Below are positions 9,116 to 18,953 of a stretch of DNA of 64,000 nucleotides, piece by piece. Below the pieces are notes generated by a model. It was given only the letters and a program-made list of their open reading frames with translations, made no database searches and had not been told where the DNA came from. The translations under genes and the position numbers were made by a program. The stretch is from an uncultured Clostridiaceae bacterium (GTDB lineage Bacteria; Bacillota; Clostridia; TANB77; CAG-508), in contig CAMPYH010000002.1 in assembly GCA_946998225.1 (NCBI GenBank), positions 31,163 through 95,162 of the forward strand, in the 5' to 3' direction. Positions within the stretch are counted from its first letter, which is position 1. The number at the start of each line of letters is the position of its first letter.

Positions 9116-11194
9116 ATGTCAAAAAAAGATGTACCAGTATTTAAAAATAAAAGAAATATTTGTTTAATTTTTTTAGCAGTAGGATGTATTCTAGCTATAT
9201 ATATGAGTATCTTTAATATAAAAATTAAAGATGAAACTCTACCTAAAATGTCTTTTTCAGATGAACTTCCATTTTACGGAAGAAAATCTTCAAAGTCACA
9301 TCTAGGTCAAAAGGTTAATTTAAAAAATTGGGACATAGATGTAAAAATTGAATCAGATGGATCATTAAGCATTACTGAAGTTTGGAATTCTGAATATGGA
9401 AAAGACATATCTACTATGTATAGGAATTTTGGAAAAGGTGTAGGAGATAAATATATATCTGATGCTAAAGTTTTTAAAATGGTTGATGGAAAAGAGATTC
9501 CTCTTAAAAAAAGAGAATATGCATTTAAACAATGGAGTGGATATTATCACACAGGATATACTGATGGAATTTATGAAATTGGTTGGGGTGTAGATAAGAG
9601 TAAAAAGAGCGATATATATGTTATAAAATACAATATATATGGTATGACATCTTTTATAAAGGATTATGCAGAAATTTACTATAAAATGATTTCAGACAAT
9701 AGCTTATATACAACTAATTTTACTGCAACTATATCACATCATAATTTACCTTTAACAAAAGATAATTCAATACTTTTTGGTCATGGAGATAGTAATATAA
9801 AATACATATATGATAAAGGAAAGATATATATAAAATCATATGCTCCTGTTGCTATGAAAGATTTAGTTGAATTTAGACTATTTATTCCTAAAAGCTTTTT
9901 AATACAAAATGAAAAAATAAATCAAGGAAAAATAAATAAGAGTCTAGATAGCATCATAGATGAAGAAAGAAAAATAATAGATGTACCATTTATTGGTTTA
10001 AAAAATGTATATAAACTAGAAGGTAAGATCTATGGTTTTTTAATAATATATTTTACAGTTGGGATAATTTATACAGTATTTAATATAGATTATATGATTG
10101 CATATCAAATAAGAAAAAATAAAAATAAAAAAAGAATAAAAGAAACGATTAAAGAATTTAAATATTATAGCCAAATACCTGAAGATTTTGATTTAGATTT
10201 ATTTTGTGCTTCAAAAGTTTCAGGAATTTATATAAAAGATGTAGATATTATTAAATCATCTATCTTAAAATTAATATATTATAAATACATTAGTATTAAA
10301 GTAAATGAAAGTGAAAATAAAACATTCAAAATATTTTCTGAGAAAACAAAATGTATATATGTATTAGAAAAAACTAAAAATGAAATGGAAGAAGAACTAG
10401 AGGAAAATCCAGATAAATTATCTAGTATAGATAAATTTATTTTTGGTTTACTTGATGAAAACAAAGATGAAAATAATGAAGTAACAGAAGATAAATTTAT
10501 AAAATGTTTTGATCAAAAAGCAGAAAAATACGGAAAAGCTAAAAGTAGTGCAGAAGAAAAAGCTAAAACTAAATTAACAGATGCTGGATATTTTATAAAA
10601 AAAGAATATACAGCTAAAAGTGATTATGAAATATATATGAATAAATTAACTATAAAAATATTACTAGGATTTATAATATTAACAGGACTTTTACTATATT
10701 TTTCTTCATATGTAGTCTCTACAGTAGGTAGCATACAAATTACTGGACAAGAAAATGTACGTAATATAATTTGTCTTACATATTTCACTTTTTTAATAAG
10801 ACTATTTATAGTTAGAAGAGAAGTTGGATTAAAAAGCATGAAAGGAATACAAAGAGGCGGAGAGATATATGCATTAAAAAAATATTTTGAAGATTTTTCA
10901 AGAATAGAAGAACGTGATGAAAAAGCTTTAGTAATATGGGAAAAGCTATTAATTTATGCAACATTTTTTGGACTTGGAAATAATGTACTTAAAAATCTTC
11001 AAAAGCTAAACCCCGAGGTATATAATGAAATAAATAGTGTAGGTAGTGGATCATTTTTAAATAATGTAAGTAATAGAGCACTAACATCTGCTTTAAGTAG
11101 TTATTATCTAAATAGCGGTGGATCTAACGGATTTTCATCAGGAGGAAGCTTTAGTGGCGGCGGATTCGGAGGCGGATCTGGCGGAGGAAGATAA
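9116..11194 (+). CDS. DUF2207-like polytopic membrane protein with a glycine-rich C-terminal tail
   Basis: N-terminal TM (ICLIFLAVGCILAIYMSIF), a large extracytoplasmic domain, at least three further TM helices, and the C-terminus GGSNGFSSGGSFSGGGFGGGSGGGR typical of this family. Confidence 0.6.
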   Translation: MSKKDVPVFKNKRNICLIFLAVGCILAIYMSIFNIKIKDETLPKMSFSDELPFYGRKSSKSHLGQKVNLKNWDIDVKIESDGSLSITEVWNSEYGKDISTMYRNFGKGVGDKYISDAKVFKMVDGKEIPLKKREYAFKQWSGYYHTGYTDGIYEIGWGVDKSKKSDIYVIKYNIYGMTSFIKDYAEIYYKMISDNSLYTTNFTATISHHNLPLTKDNSILFGHGDSNIKYIYDKGKIYIKSYAPVAMKDLVEFRLFIPKSFLIQNEKINQGKINKSLDSIIDEERKIIDVPFIGLKNVYKLEGKIYGFLIIYFTVGIIYTVFNIDYMIAYQIRKNKNKKRIKETIKEFKYYSQIPEDFDLDLFCASKVSGIYIKDVDIIKSSILKLIYYKYISIKVNESENKTFKIFSEKTKCIYVLEKTKNEMEEELEENPDKLSSIDKFIFGLLDENKDENNEVTEDKFIKCFDQKAEKYGKAKSSAEEKAKTKLTDAGYFIKKEYTAKSDYEIYMNKLTIKILLGFIILTGLLLYFSSYVVSTVGSIQITGQENVRNIICLTYFTFLIRLFIVRREVGLKSMKGIQRGGEIYALKKYFEDFSRIEERDEKALVIWEKLLIYATFFGLGNNVLKNLQKLNPEVYNEINSVGSGSFLNNVSNRALTSALSSYYLNSGGSNGFSSGGSFSGGGFGGGSGGGR

Positions 11195-11211
11195 TTAATC
11201 GGAGGATTTAA

Positions 11212-13506
11212 ATGAAAGAACTTGAACAAATAGATTTAAAAAATCAGGAGAAGAAATATAAACAGAATATAAGATATAGAAAAATAAGGAAAGCATCAAT
11301 TTTCTTATCTGTTTTACTTATATTTTCTTTTATTATTCTTAACTTTGTTAAAAATATAAATACTCAAAAATATAATCTAGATATATACGCAAAACTAAAT
11401 GATAAAGGAGATTTAGATGTACTTGAAAAAATTTCATTTAATTCTCGAAATGAAGAAATCTTTAAAAGAGTAATTCCTGAGTCTGAAAAAAATATAGATA
11501 ATATGGAAATTAGAATTGCTGTTAAAAATAAAAATAAAAACAAAAATGCAAAAGAAGAACAACCAGAAAGATTTTTAAAAGCAGAGGAAATTACTAAAGA
11601 AGATTATGATAAATTATCTAAAAAAGAAAAAGCAGATAAGCTATATTATTACATTGGATATTTAGATAAAAAAGAAAATTTAGAAAATTCAAATATTAAA
11701 GATAATATTGTTTTCAAAACAAACAAAAAAGAAAAAGAAACAAATGAAAAAGAAATAAAAAAAGAAGAAGTAGCTGAAGAAAAAAGAGAAGAAGATAAAG
11801 AAACTAACAAAGAAAAAAGCAAAGAGAACAAAGAAGAAATAAAGCAAGATAAAAAATTAGTTGTATATATTCCAATAAATAAAGAATTAAAACAAACTAA
11901 AAAAGTATCTTTTGGATATATAGTTAAAGGTGCCGCTAAAAAATATAAAGATACAGCAGAATTAAAATATAATATTTTAGATTTTAAAGATAATAATGAA
12001 ATAGCAAAACTTGTACTTGAAATGGAATTTCCAAATGAAGGACTTCAAAAAGATGATACATTTATTTGGTATATTGGAAGATATGATGGAAAAGCATATC
12101 TTGCAGGAAACAAGGTACATTTAGATATATTAAGAGAACTATCATGTGATGATCTTAGTGTAGCTGTACTGTTTGATAAAACAAAACTTGCTAAAGATTT
12201 AAAAACAAATGATGAAGATAGGCTAGAAAAGGCTAAAAAATACTATGATTTAAAATGGGAAGAAGATAGAAAGTATATAGATAATATAATTACAGATGAA
12301 ACTAATATGAAAAAACTAGATATATTAATTATATGTATTTCTACAATTATTATTATACTTATTTTATTAAAACTCATTTTTAGCATTATTAGAGAAAAAC
12401 AAAAAAGACGTGAGATAGAATCTGTAATTAAGAGCTTTAAGTATTATGATAATCCACCAGAAGAATTTAAATTTAACTTTACAAAGATGTATCCGCTTGT
12501 ACAAACATCTGGATCAAATATATTCAAAAGTATTTTTATAAAATTAATATATAAAGGCTTAATACTTCCTGAAAAAGAAAAGAAAGTATTTTTAAAGATA
12601 AATACAAAAACTATTACAAGACTTGCAAATAAAATTTCAGGAATGAAAACTAAAAAAGAAATATCAGATGATTTTGATATAGAATATATATTTACATTAG
12701 ATGATGAAGATTACAAAAGACAAGATGAGATAGGATATATTCTAAAAGAAGATGAATATGTATATAATTTTCTAAAACAAATATCTAAAGATAATAAATT
12801 TACTTTATCTGAGCTTACTGAAGCAATTGAAGGTAATTTTAAAACTATTATTGAAAAAGATCTTAAAAAACTAGTGTATTTAGAAAAAGAAAAATTATAT
12901 GAATCTGGTTATTTTGATAAAGATACAAATAAAAGAGAACTTAATGTTTCAAAATATAATGCTTTTAATATATTATTGTTTTTATCTTTTGTAATACTTA
13001 GCGTGATTTTTTATAAAAGTTTTACTTTCCCAATATTCTTAAGTTTTTATGCATTTATAGTAACAATGGTAAATTCATATAAATACAAAGTAGATTTAAA
13101 AGGTATAAATGAAAAAGGTTTAGAAGCAGAAGCACAAATATTAGGATTTAGAAACTTTTTAAGAGATAGCTCACTTTTAGATTTAAAAGTTGAAAATGAA
13201 AAAGATGTAAATATGATAAGACAATATTTAATGTATGCAACATATTTTGGAATAGAAGAAAAGTTTTTAGAAAAAACAAAACCATATTACAATGTAGCAT
13301 ATAGAAAACTGTTTAAAGATATAGAAGAAATAGATGATGAAGATGAAATGATCTTTAAGTATAAAGATACAAAATATATTTTAAAGAGAATGGATGACAG
13401 TATAATCATTTCTAAAACATACTATACTACTGGATTAACACCAGATGGTCCAATGGGACTATTTGAAACAGAAAGCAACAAAAGAAGCATAAAACTTAAA
13501 AAATAA
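11212..13506 (+). CDS. Paralogous DUF2207-like membrane protein (no Gly-rich tail)
   Basis: Same architecture as the preceding gene with shared motifs: KYY(S/D)xxPE(D/E)F, ILK/IYK(L/G)xI, and Y(A/M)T(F/Y)FG near the C-terminal TM block. It has a KE-rich insert. RBS GGAGG lies 8 nt upstream. Confidence 0.55.
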   Translation: MKELEQIDLKNQEKKYKQNIRYRKIRKASIFLSVLLIFSFIILNFVKNINTQKYNLDIYAKLNDKGDLDVLEKISFNSRNEEIFKRVIPESEKNIDNMEIRIAVKNKNKNKNAKEEQPERFLKAEEITKEDYDKLSKKEKADKLYYYIGYLDKKENLENSNIKDNIVFKTNKKEKETNEKEIKKEEVAEEKREEDKETNKEKSKENKEEIKQDKKLVVYIPINKELKQTKKVSFGYIVKGAAKKYKDTAELKYNILDFKDNNEIAKLVLEMEFPNEGLQKDDTFIWYIGRYDGKAYLAGNKVHLDILRELSCDDLSVAVLFDKTKLAKDLKTNDEDRLEKAKKYYDLKWEEDRKYIDNIITDETNMKKLDILIICISTIIIILILLKLIFSIIREKQKRREIESVIKSFKYYDNPPEEFKFNFTKMYPLVQTSGSNIFKSIFIKLIYKGLILPEKEKKVFLKINTKTITRLANKISGMKTKKEISDDFDIEYIFTLDDEDYKRQDEIGYILKEDEYVYNFLKQISKDNKFTLSELTEAIEGNFKTIIEKDLKKLVYLEKEKLYESGYFDKDTNKRELNVSKYNAFNILLFLSFVILSVIFYKSFTFPIFLSFYAFIVTMVNSYKYKVDLKGINEKGLEAEAQILGFRNFLRDSSLLDLKVENEKDVNMIRQYLMYATYFGIEEKFLEKTKPYYNVAYRKLFKDIEEIDDEDEMIFKYKDTKYILKRMDDSIIISKTYYTTGLTPDGPMGLFETESNKRSIKLKK

Positions 13507-13561
13507 CTTTACAAAAATTAAATATGAAAATATACTATATATATAAAAGAAAGGAAGAAAT

Positions 13562-14287
13562 ATGTCAGGACATAGCAAATGGAATAATATTAAACAAAAA
13601 AAAGGAAAACAAGACGCTATAAAAGGTAAGCTATTTACTAAAATAGGTAGAGAATTATCTGTAGCAGTTAAAGAAGGCGGACCAAATCCGGATCACAATT
13701 CAAAACTAAGATATGTAATTGCAAAAGCAAAAGCAAATAATATGCCAAATACAAATATTGAAAATGCAATTAAAAAAGCTAGTGGTGAAGGTGGAGAAAA
13801 TACATTTTATGAAATAATGTATGAAGGATATGGAAAAGGCGGTGTTGCTATACTTGTTAAGGCATTAACAGATAATAAAAATAGAACTGCAAGTGAAGTA
13901 AGACATGTATTTTCTAAACATAATGGTAATCTTGGAGAACCAGGTAGTGTATCATATATGTTTGAACAAAAAGGTGTAATTGTAATAGAAAAAGAAGGCC
14001 TAAGATATGATGAAGATACATTAATGATGGAAATGATTGAATCAGGTGCTGAAGATTTTAAATCATATGACGAAGTATATGAAATTAAAACAGATATAAA
14101 AGATTTTGATTCAGTACATAAAAAAGTAGAAGAACTAGGAATAAAACCAATTGAAGCATCAATTCAAATGGTACCAAAAATATCTGTACCATCAACTGAT
14201 GAACTTTCAGAATCTATTGAAAAAATAGTTGAAGCATTAGATGATCTTGATGATGTACAAGATGTATATACTAATCTAGATGACTAG
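13562..14287 (+). CDS. yebC: YebC/PmpR family DNA-binding transcriptional regulator
   Basis: N-terminus MSGHSKWNNIKQKKGKQDAIKGKLFTKIGRELSVAVKEGGPNPDHNSKLR is diagnostic of the family; 241 aa. Confidence 0.9.
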   Translation: MSGHSKWNNIKQKKGKQDAIKGKLFTKIGRELSVAVKEGGPNPDHNSKLRYVIAKAKANNMPNTNIENAIKKASGEGGENTFYEIMYEGYGKGGVAILVKALTDNKNRTASEVRHVFSKHNGNLGEPGSVSYMFEQKGVIVIEKEGLRYDEDTLMMEMIESGAEDFKSYDEVYEIKTDIKDFDSVHKKVEELGIKPIEASIQMVPKISVPSTDELSESIEKIVEALDDLDDVQDVYTNLDD

Positions 14288-14348
14288 ATAAATACAGCGT
14301 AAAAACATTAGATTAAAGTATAAGATTAAAAAAATATTAAGTATAAAA

Positions 14349-14378
14349 AAATGGAAATATTAATTTCCATTTTTTTAT
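14349..14378. terminator. Bidirectional terminator between convergent yebC and the 419-aa gene
   Basis: aaatggaaat / atttccattt hairpin flanked by an A-run and a T-run. Confidence 0.6.
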
Positions 14379-14435
14379 TATTCTATTTATTTTATTTTTT
14401 ATATATTCTTTTTGTTTTTATTTTCATTGTTTTAA

Positions 14436-15695
14436 TTAATAGTCACGATCATCAATATCTTTTTCTTCATTTTTTGTATCTTCATTTTCTAGATCTTGTT
14501 CATCTTGATCTTGATTATTAAAAAGTAATTCAATTTTTTCTTTTTCGTCTTTTTCTTGTTCTTTGTCTTCATTAGTTCTTTCTTTTAGACTAACAACTGC
14601 TAAACTCTTAGTAAGATCATTTTCAATTAGGTTTTTAAAATTCTTTTCTTGTTCATCTTTTTCAGGATCATGTTCTATAACTTTTCCTTTTTGAAAATCT
14701 ATTTCATCAATTTCTCTATTGTCTAGGACAGGAAGAGTATTTGCTGCTTTTAAAATTGTATCTAAATAGCTTTGTCTAGATTTTTCTCTTTCATCATAAT
14801 CTTCAGTTCTATTTAATGCTGATTCATACATTTGGCCTCCTAGCAAAATTTCACCTCTTACTTTAACTGAATCCGCAATTGAGTTAAATCCATCTAAAAG
14901 TCTTTCATTTTCTTTTGATTCAAGTATTGGTGTTCTACCAGACTTTCTGCCAATTTCAGCAATATTTTGTCTTTTAATGCCATATGCTTTTTCTTTATCT
15001 GGTTTTTCATAAAAGATGTAGTCATGATAGGTCTTATCTATTGGAATTCTTTCCATTTTTATATTTCCAGATTCAGCCATTTCTTTTAATTCTTTGTATT
15101 GCTCTAGTTTTTCAGGGCTTAGATCATCTACTGAAACTTTATTTAATCCATCTGTTAGTTTGTCTATTGAAATTTCTTCAGCAAGTCTCATTAAAAAATT
15201 ACTAGAACTTTCTAGAATATCTTGAGCTTTTTGGTATATTGCTGAATCTTTATCTATATCTTTATTATTTAGAATAGGTAAAGCAAAGGCAAGCTTTGAA
15301 TAGTTATCGAAATCTTCTTTATTTCCAAGTGCCATTTGATATAAATAATAGTTATCTAATTCGTAACCATTATGATTTGTTTTATATGTGTTTTTAAGAT
15401 CTATTGAATCTTCAAGATTTAAATTTCTGATTGTTTGAAGTGCTGCTTCATAAACTGCAAGATCAGCATCTGCATGAACATTTATTTCTGTTGTTACAGC
15501 AGATCTATTATCTTCTAAATGTTTTTGAATGCTTTGTTCCATCATTCTTCCGCCTTGTGTAAATAGTCCAAGTGCGAGAAGGTAAACCATTGCTCTTCTA
15601 GGCATTTTACCTTTTCTTTTGTAATTTTTATTGTATTTTTTTTGCTTTTCTATATTAGGTCTAACCATTTTTCGTTTTACATCATATTCGTCCAT
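14436..15695 (-). CDS. Hypothetical secreted/membrane-anchored acidic protein
   Basis: N-terminal basic stretch then signal-anchor (MVYLLALGLFTQGG). The rest is acidic, with a D/E/K-rich low-complexity C-terminus. No recognisable catalytic motif. Confidence 0.55.
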   Translation of the reverse strand: MDEYDVKRKMVRPNIEKQKKYNKNYKRKGKMPRRAMVYLLALGLFTQGGRMMEQSIQKHLEDNRSAVTTEINVHADADLAVYEAALQTIRNLNLEDSIDLKNTYKTNHNGYELDNYYLYQMALGNKEDFDNYSKLAFALPILNNKDIDKDSAIYQKAQDILESSSNFLMRLAEEISIDKLTDGLNKVSVDDLSPEKLEQYKELKEMAESGNIKMERIPIDKTYHDYIFYEKPDKEKAYGIKRQNIAEIGRKSGRTPILESKENERLLDGFNSIADSVKVRGEILLGGQMYESALNRTEDYDEREKSRQSYLDTILKAANTLPVLDNREIDEIDFQKGKVIEHDPEKDEQEKNFKNLIENDLTKSLAVVSLKERTNEDKEQEKDEKEKIELLFNNQDQDEQDLENEDTKNEEKDIDDRDY

Positions 15696-15888
15696 TTTTT
15701 CTCCAATATACGTATTTACAGTGAATATATATGTTAAAATTTAAAAAAGCTTTTAAATTGTATAAATATGATAAAAATGATACATTAAATTTAAGGAAAA
15801 TAAATATTTATAAATATTATTAAGATAATATTCACTTTATTTTTTCCCTTAATTATAATATAATTAATAATAAATTTAAGGTTTTGAG

Positions 15889-18800
15889 GTGAAAATGGAA
15901 GAAGATAGAAAAAGAGAATTAATCGATAGGAAAAAGACTATAGATGATCTAAAAGTGAAGCTGGAAAACATTAAAAAGAAAACAGATAATTATGCACATA
16001 TGGAATCAGATAAAAATCTAGATAAAACTATAATGGTTCCAGTTACTTCAAAGGATAAGAAATCTAAAAAAGCTAATAATGATAGAGCAGAAAAAGTCAA
16101 AAGAAATGAAAAGTTAAATGATGAAAAAACAAATGATCTTTCTTTTGATAGAGAAAAGGAAGAAAGAAGAAGAAAGAGAGAAGAAAGATTAAAAGAAAAA
16201 AAGGAAAAAGAAACACAAGTGGAAGAAAAAGAAATGAAAAAGCCAAAAAGCAAAAAAAGAAAAAATCTTCCATTCAAAGAACTAAGCGGAGGCGGTAAAG
16301 CATTATATATAATCAAAAGATTAATTGTAATGTTGGTCTTTTTAGGTATTGTAGCTTTTGGCCTTTTAATAGGATATATATACGGACTATTTGGAAATGA
16401 TAGTGGTGTTGAAAAATTGCTTGCTAAAGAAGCAGAAGAGACAACTACAGTATATGATAAAGATGGAAATGAAGTAGCAAGATTATCTGAAGAAGAAAGA
16501 AGATCTGTAATTAAATTAAGTGAAATGGGTGAATATATACCAAAAGCATATATTGCAATTGAAGATCAAAGATTTTTATCTCATCCAGGAATAGATGTTA
16601 AAAGAACTCTTTCAGCAACAATAAACTATTTATTTAGAAAAAATACAAACTATGGTGGTAGTACCATTACACAACAATTAGTTAAAAATATTTCTAAAGA
16701 TGATGAAAAAACAGCTTCAAGAAAATTAAGAGAATTTTCAAGAGCACTTCAAATTGAACAAAAAATATCTAAAGATGAAATACTAGAACTATATCTTAAC
16801 CTAATCTATGTAGGCGGTGAAAACGTTTATGGTATGGCACTAGGTTCAGACTATTACTTTAGTAAAAAACCAAAAGATTTAAAACTTGAAGAAGCAGCAT
16901 TTTTAGCTGGAATAAACCATTCACCAGGAAGATATAATGCATTTTTACCTAAAGGATTCCATGTTGATCCAAATGGACAACAAATAGTAGATAATAAAGA
17001 AGAAAATGATGCATATGTTGAAATGAATAAAAGAATAAATGGTAGAACAAAAACAGTTTTAGATAAAATGCTTGAGCTTAATAAAGTTTCTAAAGAAGAA
17101 TATGATAAAGCGGTAGAAGGGCTAAATAAAGGTTTAGCATTCAAAAAAGGTACTCTTGCATATTCAACATCTGAATATTCATATTTAACAGATGCTGCAA
17201 TAGATGAAGCAATAGACATTATTGCTGAAAAAGAAAAAGTAGATAAAAAAGTAGCAAAATTAATTGTATACAAGAGTGGATACCATATATATACAACTCA
17301 AGATACAAAGATTCAAAATATGGTAGAAAACCATATGAGAACAACAAAATATACAATTTTAAGTCGTAAGTATAAAGATGAAAACGGACAACCATATAAA
17401 ACACAAGCAACAACTACAATATTAGATCATAAAACAGGACAAGTAGTTGCAGCAGTTGGTGGTATGGAAGATAAGGTAAGATTAAGAAGAGGAGACTGGA
17501 ATAGGGTTACAAGAACATTAAGACAACCTGGTTCTGCAATAAAACCGATTATTGTTACTGCTCCAGGTCTTGAAAGTGGAAAAATTACTTTAGGACATAC
17601 TTTTGATGATACACCATATGAGAAAAACGGATGGAAACCTCAAAACTTCTCTGGAAGATATATGGGAAGACTTACTATAAGAAAAGCTTTAGTAAAATCT
17701 TTGAATATTCCACAAATTAGACAGCTTGAAGTAATCGGTCCTAAATATGCAACAGACTTTTTAAGAAAAATGGACTTTAATATAGATCCAGCAGACGATA
17801 ACAACTTAGCAATAGCGCTTGGTGGACTTACAAAAGGTGTTTCAAATATTAACATGGTTTCAGCATATGGTATGATTGCAAATGATGGAGAATTTATTAA
17901 ACCTACATTTATTTCAAAAATAGAAGATAAATCAAGAGATGTAATATACAAAGCAAATCCAGATAAAAAGAGAATATTAAGTCCGGAAAACGCTTTCTTA
18001 TTAAAAGATGTTTTAAAAGACAGTACAAATCCTGGAGAAATTATTGGTAGAGGAAAAATAGCAAATATTGATGTAGCAGGTAAGACTGGTACAACAGATC
18101 AATATAATGACTCATATTGTTGCCTATTATCTAATTACTATACAGCAGCAACATGGTATGGTTTCGATAAACAAGAAAGTTTCCAATTTGGTAGAGCATA
18201 TTTTAACCATGCAATGGATCTATTAATCCCAATATTTAAAGAACTACATAATGGAAAAGCACCTAGTCAATTTGTAAAACCAGAAAATGTTGAAAAAGAA
18301 ACAGTTCTATTTAAAGAATTCAAAAAAGCACCAGCAGGATTAAAGACTGGAACATTGACTGAATGGTTTGTTAAAGGAACAGGACCAAAAGAGGAGTCTT
18401 CAGATTATGTAACAGTTAAGGTATGTAAAAGAAGCGGTAAGCTTGCAACACCTGAATGTGATGATGTGGAAGACAGATTATTTAAAAAAGGTGAAGAACC
18501 TAAAGAGTATTGCGATTGTAAAAATATAAAAGAATCAAAAGATAAAAATGTACAAAAAGAATTAGATAAAGTTATAGGAATATTTAATTCACTAGGAAAT
18601 ATAAGCTCTGCAAGTAAAAAACAATTAACAGATGCAAAAAAAGCGTATGAAGGATTAAGCAAAGATGCAAAATCTAGAGTTTCAGATGGAATTAAAAATA
18701 AATATAATGAAATAGTTAAACAATTAAATAAATTGTCAAACAATGAAGATCAAGAATCAGCAAATAAAGTTATGGGATTAATAAATCAAATCCCAACTAT

Positions 18801-18936
18801 TAAAGCAGATAATAAAAATTCTGCAAAGGTAAAAATTAAAACAGCAAGAACTGCATATAATGCACTTTCAAATAATGCTAAAAAGCTTGTTACAAATTAC
18901 AGTAAATTAGTAGCAGCTGAAAATGCAGTTAAATAA
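15889..18936 (+). CDS. ponA: Penicillin-binding protein 1A (bifunctional transglycosylase/transpeptidase) with long N- and C-terminal extensions
   Basis: GT51 motifs (EDQRFLSHPGIDVKRT, RKLREF), TP motifs SAIKP (SxxK), SLN and KTGT. About 150-aa K/E-rich cytoplasmic N-terminus before the TM. Cys-rich C-terminal segment (CKRSGKLATPECDD...CDCKN). Confidence 0.9.
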   Translation: MKMEEDRKRELIDRKKTIDDLKVKLENIKKKTDNYAHMESDKNLDKTIMVPVTSKDKKSKKANNDRAEKVKRNEKLNDEKTNDLSFDREKEERRRKREERLKEKKEKETQVEEKEMKKPKSKKRKNLPFKELSGGGKALYIIKRLIVMLVFLGIVAFGLLIGYIYGLFGNDSGVEKLLAKEAEETTTVYDKDGNEVARLSEEERRSVIKLSEMGEYIPKAYIAIEDQRFLSHPGIDVKRTLSATINYLFRKNTNYGGSTITQQLVKNISKDDEKTASRKLREFSRALQIEQKISKDEILELYLNLIYVGGENVYGMALGSDYYFSKKPKDLKLEEAAFLAGINHSPGRYNAFLPKGFHVDPNGQQIVDNKEENDAYVEMNKRINGRTKTVLDKMLELNKVSKEEYDKAVEGLNKGLAFKKGTLAYSTSEYSYLTDAAIDEAIDIIAEKEKVDKKVAKLIVYKSGYHIYTTQDTKIQNMVENHMRTTKYTILSRKYKDENGQPYKTQATTTILDHKTGQVVAAVGGMEDKVRLRRGDWNRVTRTLRQPGSAIKPIIVTAPGLESGKITLGHTFDDTPYEKNGWKPQNFSGRYMGRLTIRKALVKSLNIPQIRQLEVIGPKYATDFLRKMDFNIDPADDNNLAIALGGLTKGVSNINMVSAYGMIANDGEFIKPTFISKIEDKSRDVIYKANPDKKRILSPENAFLLKDVLKDSTNPGEIIGRGKIANIDVAGKTGTTDQYNDSYCCLLSNYYTAATWYGFDKQESFQFGRAYFNHAMDLLIPIFKELHNGKAPSQFVKPENVEKETVLFKEFKKAPAGLKTGTLTEWFVKGTGPKEESSDYVTVKVCKRSGKLATPECDDVEDRLFKKGEEPKEYCDCKNIKESKDKNVQKELDKVIGIFNSLGNISSASKKQLTDAKKAYEGLSKDAKSRVSDGIKNKYNEIVKQLNKLSNNEDQESANKVMGLINQIPTIKADNKNSAKVKIKTARTAYNALSNNAKKLVTNYSKLVAAENAVK

Positions 18937-18953
18937 ATATAGAAAGAAAAATT

